Notes: generated from the letters alone by a model not told the origin. A DNA stretch of 64,000 nucleotides from Marispirochaeta sp. (GCA_963667435.1 OY763414.1:2175773-2239772), one strand, 5' to 3'; positions 18,332-28,276 are shown, numbered from the stretch's first letter. Made by a program: numbers and translations.

Positions 18332-19834
18332 ATGAACATAATCCGAAAAAGAAACACCAGAGTTGTACTCCGGGCTGGTTTCATCCTTACAGTGCTTGTC
18401 GCCTTATACATGACAATATTTGTTAATTATCTCCTGTTTCATTCCATAGTGGAAATGTTCAGTATTGTCATTGCCTGCAGCCTGTTTTTAATCGCCTGGA
18501 ATGCAAAAGAACATATCGACAGTCCGGCATTTGTACATCTGGGGACAGCATATCTGTTCATTGCGATTCTTGATCTCCTTCATACCCTCGGATATAAGGG
18601 AATGAGAATTTTTACCGATTACGACTATTATGCAAATCAGCTGTGGATAGCGACACGGTATCTCGAAGCTGCGACGCTTGTACTCTTCGGCCTTACTATC
18701 GAATTGCGAATGCGCCGGTACAGACTTGTCTTCAGTGTATATACCCTTATAACCATACTGATAGTTTATTCAATCTTTTTCTCATCAATATTTCCTGTTT
18801 GCTATGTTGAGGGTCATGGACTTACTCCCTTCAAGATTATCAGCGAGTATATTATTTCAGGAATACTTCTCACTGCAATTGCTGTTCTGTACAGACGGAG
18901 GAAAAGCTTTTCTCCGGAGATCTTCAGACTGCTCAACGGATCGCTGTTCGCCACCATATTCAGCGAGTTTGCTTTTACCGTCTACATTGATAACTACGGA
19001 TTTTCCAATCTGATTGGTCACTACCTGAAACTGCTTTCCTTCTACCTTATATATCGTTCCCTTGTCAGTGAAGGAATCAGAAATCCCCTGCACCTGTTCA
19101 GTATCCGACTCGAACGATCTACGCGGCAGCTTAAGGATGCCAATGCTACAAAAGATACTATCCTTGCCATAATTGCCCATGATTTAAGAAACAGCTTCAA
19201 CTCAACCATCGGACTGAGCGGCCTGCTCCTCGAGGACATCAATGCCTCCGCGGAATGCAGCTCAGACAGAAACCTTATTGAAGCCATCAATATTTCAAGC
19301 CGGGCATCTGCTCAGATGCTTGAGAATTTACTTGCCTGGGCAAGGAAGGGCTCGGAGGAAACCGACGGCACTATTGCTGCGGTTAATGCAGCTGAAGCCG
19401 CCCGGCAGGCTTACAACTATTGTCTTCCACAGGCGGCTTTCAAGGCGGTACAAGTCAGACTGGATCTTCCTCAATCAGATCCTGTCTGCAATTCAAACAG
19501 CGACATGCTGCAGACAATACTGCGGAACCTTCTGAATAATGCCATCAAATTCACCCATCGAGGCGGCAGCGTACGATTGAGTGTGGCTCCTGCAGAGAAT
19601 GCTATACAGTTCCGTGTTACAGATAATGGTATAGGAATAACACAGGATCTGCTCGACGAACTGATAGAGGGTACAAATTATGAAAGCAGCAGAGGAACAG
19701 AAAGCGAATCGGGCACAGGACTTGGCCTTCAGGTCAGTATAAAATTTCTAAAAAATATGGGGAGTGCCCTTTATGCAAAGAGCACTCCCGGAGAAGGAAG
19801 CAGTTTCTGGTTTAGTCTGCCACTTTACGAATAG
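18332..19834 (+). CDS. Sensor histidine kinase with an N-terminal polytopic (about 7 TM) membrane sensor domain.
   Basis: H-box HDLRNSFNSTIG, N-box NLLNNAIKFT, G1 DNGIGI and G2 GTGLGL are all present. The first 250 aa are hydrophobic helices. Confidence 0.8.
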   Translation: MNIIRKRNTRVVLRAGFILTVLVALYMTIFVNYLLFHSIVEMFSIVIACSLFLIAWNAKEHIDSPAFVHLGTAYLFIAILDLLHTLGYKGMRIFTDYDYYANQLWIATRYLEAATLVLFGLTIELRMRRYRLVFSVYTLITILIVYSIFFSSIFPVCYVEGHGLTPFKIISEYIISGILLTAIAVLYRRRKSFSPEIFRLLNGSLFATIFSEFAFTVYIDNYGFSNLIGHYLKLLSFYLIYRSLVSEGIRNPLHLFSIRLERSTRQLKDANATKDTILAIIAHDLRNSFNSTIGLSGLLLEDINASAECSSDRNLIEAINISSRASAQMLENLLAWARKGSEETDGTIAAVNAAEAARQAYNYCLPQAAFKAVQVRLDLPQSDPVCNSNSDMLQTILRNLLNNAIKFTHRGGSVRLSVAPAENAIQFRVTDNGIGITQDLLDELIEGTNYESSRGTESESGTGLGLQVSIKFLKNMGSALYAKSTPGEGSSFWFSLPLYE

Positions 19835-21104
19835 CCTGATCGAGATCTTCAAGAATATCGTCAATATTCTCGAGTCCAATGGAGAGCCGTATAAGTTCCG
19901 GCCTTACTCCGGCTGCAACCTGATCCTCAGGAGACAGCTGGGAATGGGTAGTGCTTGCCGGATGAATAACAAGGCTTTTCGCATCCCCCACATTGGCCAC
20001 ATGAGAAAAAAGTTTCAGGCTGTTTACAAAAGCGGCCCCGTCCTCCGATCCGCCTTTGATACCGAAAACAACCATGCCCCCGAACCCCTTTTTCAGGTAT
20101 TTCACATTCCGCTCATAGGCTTCATTTGACTTCAGTCCGGGATAACTCACCCAGGCAACACCTAAATGCTTTTCCAGAAACTCTGCGGTTTTCAGTGCAT
20201 TCTCACTGTGCCGCTCCATCCTTAAAGCGAGAGTCTCCAGCCCCTGCAAAAAAATCCAGGCGTTATCCGGAGCAATCGCCGCCCCGAGATTCCGCAGGGG
20301 AACCAGCCGCATGCGCATGATAAATGCCACAGGGTTCAGGTCTCCGAGATCATGGGCATAACAAACGCCATGGTAAGAGGGATCAGGTTCGTTATACAGC
20401 TTGAATTTCGAGTCAGTCCAGTCGAATTTGCCTGAGTCAATTACAATTCCACCGATTCCAGCGCCATGTCCTCCAAGCCATTTGGTCAGAGAATGAACAA
20501 CAATATCTGCACCAAAGTCGATTGGCCGGAAAAGATAGGGCGTGGTAAAAGTTGAATCGACAATAAGCGGCAGCTTATGACTGTGTGCCACAGCGGAGAT
20601 TTTCTCTATATCCGCGACAACCAGTCCGGGATTGCCGATTGTTTCATAATAGACTGCCCGGGTCTTTTCATTTATGGCTTTCTCCAGCCCGTCCAGGTCT
20701 TCTGGATCCACAAAGCGGACCTTTATCCCGAACTGAGGAAGAATATCATGAAACATCGTATAGGTTCCGCCGTAGAGATTATTGGAAGAAACAATCTCCT
20801 CCCCGACAGACGCGATATTAATTACAGAGTAAAAAATTGCCGAAGTTCCGGAGGCAAGGGCCAGAGCCGCAGCACCGCCCTCGAGGGCTGCCATCCGCTC
20901 TTCCAGAACCGCCTGGGTAGGATTCATAAGGCGGGTATAGATATTCCCCAGCTCTTTCAGAGCAAAGAGATTTGCCGCATGCTCCGTGTCTCTGAACAGA
21001 TAGGCCGAGGTTCGGTATACCGGGACCCCCCTGCTCTGCTGAACTCCTTCCTTCTGCTGCCCTGCATGCAGGGCAAGGGTTTCAAATTTATAGTCAGACA
21101 TCAT
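19812..21104 (-). CDS. metY: O-acetylhomoserine aminocarboxypropyltransferase / sulfhydrylase (PLP-dependent Cys/Met metabolism family).
   Basis: The N-terminal FETLALHAGQ is conserved and the PLP-lysine context is HSLTKWLGGHG. Length is 430 aa. Confidence 0.85.
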   Translation of the reverse strand: MMSDYKFETLALHAGQQKEGVQQSRGVPVYRTSAYLFRDTEHAANLFALKELGNIYTRLMNPTQAVLEERMAALEGGAAALALASGTSAIFYSVINIASVGEEIVSSNNLYGGTYTMFHDILPQFGIKVRFVDPEDLDGLEKAINEKTRAVYYETIGNPGLVVADIEKISAVAHSHKLPLIVDSTFTTPYLFRPIDFGADIVVHSLTKWLGGHGAGIGGIVIDSGKFDWTDSKFKLYNEPDPSYHGVCYAHDLGDLNPVAFIMRMRLVPLRNLGAAIAPDNAWIFLQGLETLALRMERHSENALKTAEFLEKHLGVAWVSYPGLKSNEAYERNVKYLKKGFGGMVVFGIKGGSEDGAAFVNSLKLFSHVANVGDAKSLVIHPASTTHSQLSPEDQVAAGVRPELIRLSIGLENIDDILEDLDQAIRKVAD

Positions 21105-21141
21105 TTCCTCCCGTATACCTCTTTGTACATATCCTCAATTC

Positions 21142-22062
21142 TTAATCATCGAGAGAAGACCATACAGAAAGATACCGTTCCCCGGTGTCGGGGAGTATTA
21201 CAACAATCCGTTTACCGGCGTTTTCTTTTCTTTGTGCTACCTGCCGGGCTGCATATACTGCTGCTCCGCTGGAAATACCTGCCAGGATGCCCTCCTGCCT
21301 GCCAAGGGCGAGGGCAGTATCCATGGCATCATTATTGGCTACCTGTACTACTTCATCAATAAGATCCGTGTTCAGAACCTTGGGAACAAACCCTGCACCG
21401 ATCCCCTGGATCTTGTGGGGCCCCGGACTTCCTCCGGAAAGAACGGGAGAAGCTTGAGGTTCAACAGCGATAATTTTAACTTGCGGATTATAGGCTTTCA
21501 ACGTCCGCCCGGTACCGGTAAGTGTTCCGCCGGTTCCAACCCCGGCTACAAGAATATCCACCTGACCTTCCGTATCCCGCCAGATTTCCTCTGCGGTTGT
21601 CCGGCTGTGAACATCCGGGTTGGCAGGATTCTCAAACTGCCAGGGGAGGAAAACCTTCCCTTCGTTCTGCATCTCATTAGCCCGGGCAATTGCACCGGAC
21701 ATTCCTTTTTCCGGCGGAGTCAGCTCAAGCTCTGCACCCAGCATCTTAAGCAGATTGCGCCGTTCCACGGACATACTGGCCGGCATGGTGAGTACCAGTC
21801 GGTATCCCCGCTGGGCACAGACAAATGCCAGACCGATTCCCGTGTTCCCTGAAGTTGCTTCAACAACAGTGGTATCCTTATCAAGAAGCCCCTTCTTTTC
21901 CGCATCTTCAATCATTGACAGGGCAATCCTGTCCTTGATGCTGCCGCAGGGGTTGAAAGACTCCAGCTTGGCGAGCACCTCGGCTCCGTCGCCAATAATC
22001 TTTCCCAGTGCAACAAGCGGGGTGTTTCCCACCAGTTCTGTTATGTTTTTAGCTATGGCCAT
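21142..22062 (-). CDS. cysK: Cysteine synthase A (O-acetylserine sulfhydrylase).
   Basis: GNTPLV, the PLP-Lys motif [19 protein letters not shown] and the glycine loop [10 protein letters not shown] are present. Confidence 0.9.
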   Translation of the reverse strand: MAIAKNITELVGNTPLVALGKIIGDGAEVLAKLESFNPCGSIKDRIALSMIEDAEKKGLLDKDTTVVEATSGNTGIGLAFVCAQRGYRLVLTMPASMSVERRNLLKMLGAELELTPPEKGMSGAIARANEMQNEGKVFLPWQFENPANPDVHSRTTAEEIWRDTEGQVDILVAGVGTGGTLTGTGRTLKAYNPQVKIIAVEPQASPVLSGGSPGPHKIQGIGAGFVPKVLNTDLIDEVVQVANNDAMDTALALGRQEGILAGISSGAAVYAARQVAQRKENAGKRIVVILPDTGERYLSVWSSLDD

Positions 22063-22108
22063 CTGAAAACCTCCATACTGCCTATTACTATAAGCCCGGA
22101 AAACAAAC

Positions 22109-22540
22109 CTAAATTACGAACATTGGAGACTGATGCTCCTCATCAATGGAGCGCCCGGCAAGTTCTTTGAGTGTGACCGAAGCAAGCACTCCGGTAACCG
22201 CATCAAGCAGCTGATCCCACAAAGCGGTGGTCACCTTCAGCGATCCGGGACTGTCCTGGCCCGCCTTCTCATGACTGATAAGTTCTCCTTCAAGAAGCAG
22301 AACCACGTCCAGCGGAGTAATTTCAGAAGGATCAACTGAAAGTTCATATCCCCCCCGTGATCCTCGCACCGCACTTATATAGCCGGCACTTTTAAGGGGA
22401 ATAACCAGCTGCCCAAGATACTTCTCCGACAAACCTTCGGTATCTGCTATCTCCTTAAGGAGCCTGGGGCCGGTACCGAAACTACGGGCAAGAACTATCA
22501 TAAATCGCAGTCCGTAGCGGCTGCGGGTAGAAAGCTTCAT
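22109..22540 (-). CDS. Rrf2-family transcriptional regulator (CymR-like; no Fe-S cysteine triad).
   Basis: The N-terminal [18 protein letters not shown] and the wHTH are typical of Rrf2. The three IscR-type Cys ligands are absent. It heads the cysK-metY operon. Confidence 0.8.
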   Translation of the reverse strand: MKLSTRSRYGLRFMIVLARSFGTGPRLLKEIADTEGLSEKYLGQLVIPLKSAGYISAVRGSRGGYELSVDPSEITPLDVVLLLEGELISHEKAGQDSPGSLKVTTALWDQLLDAVTGVLASVTLKELAGRSIDEEHQSPMFVI

Positions 22541-22565
22541 TTATTCTCTACCTTTTCCATAGGCT

Positions 22566-22579
22566 TAGTATGAATACTA
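22566..22579. promoter_or_regulatory. Palindrome TAGTAT-GA-ATACTA in the Rrf2/phnD divergent intergenic region; candidate operator.
   Basis: A perfect 6-bp inverted repeat with a 2-bp spacer, located 26-39 bp upstream of the Rrf2 start, in AT-rich DNA. Confidence 0.25.
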
Positions 22580-22724
22580 TACTTTTCCTGATTATTTTTG
22601 TCAAATTTAATCCTTTAAAAATTAAGAAATTCTGAAAAATCTCCTCCTTTTTCAGACACTTTTTCTATGAATTGATTATTTTATGGTAAGCTAATAGCAA
22701 AACTCTAAGTTCAAGGAGTAAAAG

Positions 22725-23615
22725 ATGAAGAAAACATTACTGATTTCACTTGCAGTACTAGTGGCGTTTTCACTGTTCAGCTGCAAAAAAGAAGCTGCAC
22801 TGGGAACGGAAGAAAATCCCATAGTGTGGTCTTTCGTTCCATCGGGAGAGATGGAGCGGGTAACCTCCGGAGCACAGGCTGTTGCAGACCTGCTGCAGGA
22901 AAAAACCGGATATTACTTCAAGACAAATGTGGCAACCGAGTATGCCGGCGTTATTGAAGCCATGGCCAGCGATCCAGCTGAGGCACACATGGCATCCCTG
23001 GCGACATTCGCCTATGTTCTTGCTGCAGACAAAGGCGCGGCAGACGTTGCCCTTGTTTCGGTACGCTACGGCAGTCCTACATACAACGGCCAGATAATTG
23101 CCCGCGTTGACAGCGGAATTAGCGATGTTGCGGACCTTGCAGGTAAAACCTTTGCCCGCCCCGACCCCCTCTCCACCTCAGGCTGGATTATCCCCATGCT
23201 TACAATGCGGGCCGCCGGTGTAGATCCCGACACCGACCTTAAGGGTATTGTGGACGCCGGAAGCCATGATGCAGTAGTTGCAGCAGTACTCAACGGTGAT
23301 GTTGATGCCGGAGCCTCCTTTGTTGATGCCCGGACGGCAATCGAAAAAGAGTACCCCGAGGTAATGGACGAGGTTGCCGTTATTGCCGTAACCGCAGACA
23401 TTCCCAACGATGGCGTACAGTTTATCCCCGGATTCGATCCTGAAATGAGGGAAAAGATTGTTGCAGCCCTGCTCGAAATTGCAGAAACAGATGCAGGAAA
23501 AGAGGCCCTCAAAACAGCATATAACTGGAACGCCCTTGAGCGGCACGACGATTCCTTCTACGATCCCTTCCGTCAGGTACTTCAGGCTTCAGGCCTTGCG
23601 GTTGAAGATCTTTAA
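22725..23615 (+). CDS. phnD: Phosphonate/phosphite/phosphate ABC transporter substrate-binding lipoprotein (PhnD-like).
   Basis: Lipobox LFSC is present, the fold is PhnD-like (TIGR01098 pattern), and cognate phnC and phnE lie downstream. RBS AAGGAG. Confidence 0.7.
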   Translation: MKKTLLISLAVLVAFSLFSCKKEAALGTEENPIVWSFVPSGEMERVTSGAQAVADLLQEKTGYYFKTNVATEYAGVIEAMASDPAEAHMASLATFAYVLAADKGAADVALVSVRYGSPTYNGQIIARVDSGISDVADLAGKTFARPDPLSTSGWIIPMLTMRAAGVDPDTDLKGIVDAGSHDAVVAAVLNGDVDAGASFVDARTAIEKEYPEVMDEVAVIAVTADIPNDGVQFIPGFDPEMREKIVAALLEIAETDAGKEALKTAYNWNALERHDDSFYDPFRQVLQASGLAVEDL

Positions 23616-23657
23616 TCAGTATAGGGCACTATAAAAACAGACAACAACGTTAAATTC

Positions 23658-23693
23658 TGCTCTTCGGGCCCGCCCCCGAAGAGCAGCTTTGTG
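23658..23693 (+). terminator. GC-rich hairpin (CTGCTCTTCGGG-CCCGCC-CCCGAAGAGCAG) plus CTTTGTG between phnD and phnC. Likely a partial terminator or attenuator that sets the binding-protein to transporter ratio.
   Basis: A perfect 12-bp stem sits immediately before the phnC start. The U tract is weak. Confidence 0.35.
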
Positions 23694-23704
23694 TGGAGCA
23701 GATC

Positions 23705-24493
23705 ATGCTTGAGTATAAAAATCTTTCAAAAACCTATGATGACGGCACGGAAGCCCTGAAAAATGTCAGTTTTCAGGTTGAGGACGGGGAATTCCTGGTA
23801 ATTATCGGTCTCTCCGGTTCCGGAAAATCCACGCTCCTCCGCTGCACCAACCGCCTTGTGGAGCCAAGCAGTGGACAGGTCATCTGGGACGGACAAAATA
23901 TTGTCACCGCAACCCAGGACGAACTGCGTCAGGTCCGGCGGAAAATCGGCATGATCTTTCAACACTTCAACCTTGTGAAGCGTTCCTCTGTACTCACCAA
24001 CGTACTGTCAGGCAGGCTGGGGTACGTTCATCCATTCAAAAGCCTGCTGTACCGCTTCCGTAAAAAGGACCGGGAAGACGCACAGAAAGCGATGCAAATG
24101 GTGGGCATAACCGATCAGGCTGCTAAAAGAGCGGATGAGCTCTCCGGAGGGCAACAGCAGCGGGTGGGTATTGCCCGGGCACTCATGCAGGATCCTAAAA
24201 TTATCCTCGCAGACGAACCTGTCGCAAGTCTTGATCCGGTTCTTGCCCATACAATTCTGGGATACCTTGAAAAACTGAACAAAGAGATGGGAATCACCGT
24301 AATCTGCAGCCTCCATTACCTGGATCTGGTACAGCGCTATGCCACCAGAGTTGTGGGGTTGAAAAAAGGCGAAGTGGTATACCGGGGCACCGGAGAGGAC
24401 ATACGCAATATGAGTGATGAAGAGTTCAAGGAGATCTACGGACAAGATGCCCAGCGTGTCGGCGTAGGATCAGTAATGGGAGGGAAGGCATGA
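23705..24493 (+). CDS. phnC: Phosphonate ABC transporter ATP-binding protein.
   Basis: Walker A GLSGSGKST, the signature LSGGQQQRVGIARAL and Walker B ILADEP. Within the PhnC family the NLSKTY...AL N-terminus is conserved. The ORF track starts at GTG 23693. Confidence 0.8.
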   Translation: MLEYKNLSKTYDDGTEALKNVSFQVEDGEFLVIIGLSGSGKSTLLRCTNRLVEPSSGQVIWDGQNIVTATQDELRQVRRKIGMIFQHFNLVKRSSVLTNVLSGRLGYVHPFKSLLYRFRKKDREDAQKAMQMVGITDQAAKRADELSGGQQQRVGIARALMQDPKIILADEPVASLDPVLAHTILGYLEKLNKEMGITVICSLHYLDLVQRYATRVVGLKKGEVVYRGTGEDIRNMSDEEFKEIYGQDAQRVGVGSVMGGKA

Positions 24494-25986
24494 CCGTAAA
24501 ATCATCAGTTCTTCCTCCGTTTATTCATCCTCTGCTCTCACTTATTCTGCCCGGACTGGGGCAGATCCTGGCGGGTAAACTGCAGCGGGGGCTCCTGATA
24601 CTCTTCTCCAGCCTGACCCTCGTGGGACTCTTCGGCTGGCGTATACACCTCCTTTCCCACAAACTCAGCGCCTACGGAGAGAAATATGCCAAAGCATTTT
24701 CCTCGGCACCGGTCTTTATAATACTCGTAACCACAGGCCTTCTTCTGCTATGGATATGGAATGTAATCGATGCCTCCCGGATTGTCCGGGGAACCGCCAG
24801 GGAAGGGCTGGGGCTGTTTTTTCTTATCCTGATTCTCTTCTTCTTTGTAGGCTGGCAGATCAGTGAAATCAACGTGGTAAAAATGGCATCGGAATTCCCT
24901 GACGCCTGGCCTCCCCTGTCAAAAATTCTCTGGCCCTGGAAGGCCGCATATACCTATGACCAGCGTATACTCAAAGCCGGAGCGTCCATCCTTGTGGACG
25001 ATACGGAAAATCCGCCACCGGCGGAACTCCGCGAAGAGGGTAAACCTTACTTGTTGGCCAACCCGACTTATGGCTGCATGAGCATCCTGGATAAAAACAA
25101 CAAACCTGTGGCGGGAGATACCATCCATTTAAGCGGAACCGGGTTCAACGCAGACACAGTAACCCAGATATGGTGGATGGACTCCATCGGCATGGAGTTC
25201 CGTCCAAGGCAGGACGGTCAGTATATTACCGTCACCACCGACAGCGCTGGAGCCTTTGAGTTTGACCTGGTAATCCCCTACAGAGTAACTCCCCCCAGTG
25301 CTGAAGGCCAGCAGATCCACAGGGTTGAAGCCCGACAGTCTTTCCGGGAAGGTGGAGCAAAACCGAGTGAGGCTCTGCTGAGAACAATATCACTGATGAT
25401 GGAAACAATCTTCATGGGGATGATGGCCACAATCTTCGGCATAATAATCTCAATCCCGGTAAGCTTCCTGGCGGCACGTAACCTCATGGCCGGCTCCTGG
25501 GTCACCATGACCATCTATTTCCTGACCCGGACCATCCTGAATATCATCCGGTCAATAGAACCGATGATCTGGGCGCTTATAGCAGTAGTCTGGGTAGGGC
25601 TCGGCCCCTTCGCCGGGATACTGGCACTGACAATTCACTCCATAGCAGCCCTGGGAAAACTCTACTCCGAAGCAATAGAGAATATTGATCCCGGCCCGAT
25701 CGAGGCGATACAGGCAACAGGTGCTACAAAACTACAGACCATTGCCTATGCTGTCGTACCCCAGATGATTCCCCCCTTCGTCTCCTTCACCATCTACCGC
25801 TGGGACATCAATGTACGCATGTCCACAATTATAGGTATGGTCGGCGGCGGCGGTATCGGCTTTCTGCTGGTGCAATACATTCGGCTGCTGGACTACCAGT
25901 CAGCGGGAATTGCCGTCTGGTTTATAGCAGTTACGGTGGCAATCCTCGACTACGTGAGTGCGGAGATACGAAACCGGTTTATCTGA
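24490..25986 (+). CDS. phnE: Phosphonate ABC transporter permease PhnE with an unusual ~280-aa N-terminal extension (3 TM plus an extracytoplasmic domain).
   Basis: The C-terminal ~220 aa are a canonical PhnE/BPD permease. The N-terminus adds TM helices and a soluble beta-rich segment (GDTIHLSGTGFN...YITVTTDSAGAFEFDLVIPY). It overlaps phnC by 4 nt. Confidence 0.75.
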   Translation: MTVKSSVLPPFIHPLLSLILPGLGQILAGKLQRGLLILFSSLTLVGLFGWRIHLLSHKLSAYGEKYAKAFSSAPVFIILVTTGLLLLWIWNVIDASRIVRGTAREGLGLFFLILILFFFVGWQISEINVVKMASEFPDAWPPLSKILWPWKAAYTYDQRILKAGASILVDDTENPPPAELREEGKPYLLANPTYGCMSILDKNNKPVAGDTIHLSGTGFNADTVTQIWWMDSIGMEFRPRQDGQYITVTTDSAGAFEFDLVIPYRVTPPSAEGQQIHRVEARQSFREGGAKPSEALLRTISLMMETIFMGMMATIFGIIISIPVSFLAARNLMAGSWVTMTIYFLTRTILNIIRSIEPMIWALIAVVWVGLGPFAGILALTIHSIAALGKLYSEAIENIDPGPIEAIQATGATKLQTIAYAVVPQMIPPFVSFTIYRWDINVRMSTIIGMVGGGGIGFLLVQYIRLLDYQSAGIAVWFIAVTVAILDYVSAEIRNRFI

Positions 25987-26000
25987 TATACTGGAGTCTA

Positions 26001-26786
26001 ATGGAGCAGAAATTTCTAAAAGGAAAAAGAGCATTAATCACCGGCGGAGCCAGAAGGATCGGGGCGGCTTGTATCCGGGCTCTTGCCGGGGCAGGGGCCG
26101 ATGTGGTTATTCACTATAATTCCTCTGCCCGGGAAGCAGAAGAAACTGCTGAGAATGCCCGGCAAAAAGGGGTTTCCGCCATCACGGTTAAGGGAAATCT
26201 TCTAAAAGAGGACGAGACCCGGGAACTCTTCAACCGGGCAGTTGAAGCCTCCGGACCGCTCCACATCCTTGTAAACTCCGCCTCAATCTTTCCGGAAAGC
26301 AAAATAGACAGCTTCGGCTGGAATGAGCTTGAGAATAATATAAGGGTAAACACCTGGGCTCCCCTGCTCCTCTCACGCCTCTTTGCCTCTCAGCCGATGT
26401 TCAATGATAATTCAACTCCGGAGAAACCGGAAGACTGCGGTAATATCATAAATTTCCTTGATACAAGGATTGCGGATAATGACCACCGCCATGCAGCCTA
26501 TCACTTAAGCAAACGTATGTTTTTTGACATAACCCGCATGCTCAGCATGGAGCTTGCACCGGGAATAAAGGTAAATGCCATTGCACCGGGACTGATTCTG
26601 CCTCCGGAAGGAAAAACCCCGGAGTACCTGGAAAAGTTGAGTTCCACAAATCCCCTCAATCGATACGGAAGCCTCAGGGATATAACCTCCTCCCTGCTGT
26701 TTCTCATTGATAACGGTTTTATCACCGGGCAGACCCTGTTTGTCGACGGAGGGAGAAGAATGAAAGGAAGTATGTATGGAGTTTAG
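26001..26786 (+). CDS. SDR-family oxidoreductase, pteridine reductase (FolM/PTR1)-like.
   Basis: An unusual Rossmann loop TGGARRIGAA, NSA, and catalytic YxxxK (YHLSKRM). It lies directly upstream of folB-folK-folE. Confidence 0.65.
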   Translation: MEQKFLKGKRALITGGARRIGAACIRALAGAGADVVIHYNSSAREAEETAENARQKGVSAITVKGNLLKEDETRELFNRAVEASGPLHILVNSASIFPESKIDSFGWNELENNIRVNTWAPLLLSRLFASQPMFNDNSTPEKPEDCGNIINFLDTRIADNDHRHAAYHLSKRMFFDITRMLSMELAPGIKVNAIAPGLILPPEGKTPEYLEKLSSTNPLNRYGSLRDITSSLLFLIDNGFITGQTLFVDGGRRMKGSMYGV

Positions 26787-27174
26787 CAGGCCGGCAGACA
26801 GAATACGCATTAGAGAAATACTTGTACGCTGCATTATCGGGCTCAATCCCGATGAACGGGTTAAAAAGCAGGACGTGCTGATCTCCCTGACTCTTGAGGG
26901 AGACCTGAAAGAGGCCGGGGAAAGCGATAGCATAGAGAAGACCATAGATTACAAGACTCTAAAAAACCGGGTCATTACCTTTACGGAAGAGAGCTCTTTT
27001 CTGCTCATAGAACGCCTTGCCCACGAGATTGGATTTATCTGTCTGCAGCATCCCAGGGTTGAGGCAGTACATGTAGCGCTGGACAAACCGGGAGCTCTGA
27101 GATTTGCCAAAAGCGTGGCAGTGGAGATATACCGAACGCGGGATGACTATCCGAAGGAACGTTTCGATGGCTGA
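26776..27174 (+). CDS. folB: Dihydroneopterin aldolase.
   Basis: About 130 aa with the FolB pattern (I.L.CIIG..P.ER...Q.V.I.L.L...L..A..SD....TIDY). Confidence 0.7.
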   Translation: MEFSRPADRIRIREILVRCIIGLNPDERVKKQDVLISLTLEGDLKEAGESDSIEKTIDYKTLKNRVITFTEESSFLLIERLAHEIGFICLQHPRVEAVHVALDKPGALRFAKSVAVEIYRTRDDYPKERFDG

Positions 27175-27688
27175 AATTTACATATCCGCCGGCTCAAACA
27201 TTGAGCCCGAAAAAAACCTGAGCAAAGGGCTGCAGCTGCTCTGTCAGAAGCTGAATCTGGTGAGAATTTCCACCCATTACCGCAATACCCCCGCAGGGGG
27301 GCGTAAACAGCATGATTATGTAAACGGAATATGGCATGTCCAGTCACGGTTCAGGCCGATGAAGGTAAGAAAAATCCTGAAAAAGATTGAGATCGCCTGC
27401 GGAAGGGTCCGCACGGAGGATCCTTACAGCTCCCGGACCCTGGACCTGGACCTGATACTCTGGGACAACCTGATCCTGAAGAAAAAAAAACTGACGCTGC
27501 CTGACCCGGAAATCCATGAAAGAGCATTCATCTTTCAGCCCCTCCTGGAGCTGGAACCGGGGATCCGTATTCCCGGGGACAAATCAAATCTTTCAAAGCT
27601 AGTGAACCCCGCCAGGGATCTCTACTACTCTCCCATAACCGAAATCCTAACCACAATACTGGAAAATAGCCGTAAGGAGAAAAAATGA
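27167..27688 (+). CDS. folK: 2-amino-4-hydroxy-6-hydroxymethyldihydropteridine diphosphokinase (HPPK).
   Basis: IYISAGSN start, the HYRNTPAGG region and [10 protein letters not shown] (RxxDLDLL). It overlaps folB by 8 nt. Confidence 0.8.
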   Translation: MAEIYISAGSNIEPEKNLSKGLQLLCQKLNLVRISTHYRNTPAGGRKQHDYVNGIWHVQSRFRPMKVRKILKKIEIACGRVRTEDPYSSRTLDLDLILWDNLILKKKKLTLPDPEIHERAFIFQPLLELEPGIRIPGDKSNLSKLVNPARDLYYSPITEILTTILENSRKEKK

Positions 27689-28251
27689 ATACTCAGCGAG
27701 TTGCAGAACTTATCCGAGAGCTGCTTATTGAAATCGGGGAAGACCCTGAAAGAGAAGGCCTTTTAAAAACACCGGAACGGGCAGCAAAGGCATGGGAATA
27801 TCTAACCTCCGGCTACAGACGTGATGTTAACGAAGTCATCAATAATGCGATATTTGAATCTGAAGCGAATAACATGATCATCGTCAGGGACATAGAAGTA
27901 TACAGTCTTTGCGAACATCATATGCTGCCCTTTTTCGGGAAGGTACATATCGGCTATATAGCAAAAGACACAGTGTTGGGTGTAAGTAAGCTTGCCCGTA
28001 TAGCAGATGTCTACGGCCGCAGGCTGCAGATTCAGGAACGATTTACCCGGCAGATTGCCAAAGCCGTTATGACCGCCACCAATGCCGAAGGCGTGGGAGT
28101 AGTCATGGAAGCCAAACATCTCTGCATGATGATGCGGGGCGTAGAAAAGCAGAACTCCGTCATGACCACCTCCTCAGTGCTGGGAAGCTTCCATGACGAT
28201 GAGGCAACCAGACTGGAATTCTTGCAGCTCATCGGTAAACCCGTAGGCTGA
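27685..28251 (+). CDS. folE: GTP cyclohydrolase I.
   Basis: [32 protein letters not shown] and the conserved C-terminus QERFTRQIA. Confidence 0.9.
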   Translation: MNTQRVAELIRELLIEIGEDPEREGLLKTPERAAKAWEYLTSGYRRDVNEVINNAIFESEANNMIIVRDIEVYSLCEHHMLPFFGKVHIGYIAKDTVLGVSKLARIADVYGRRLQIQERFTRQIAKAVMTATNAEGVGVVMEAKHLCMMMRGVEKQNSVMTTSSVLGSFHDDEATRLEFLQLIGKPVG

Positions 28252-28276
28252 GCCGTCGTCAGGATATTGTAATCAA

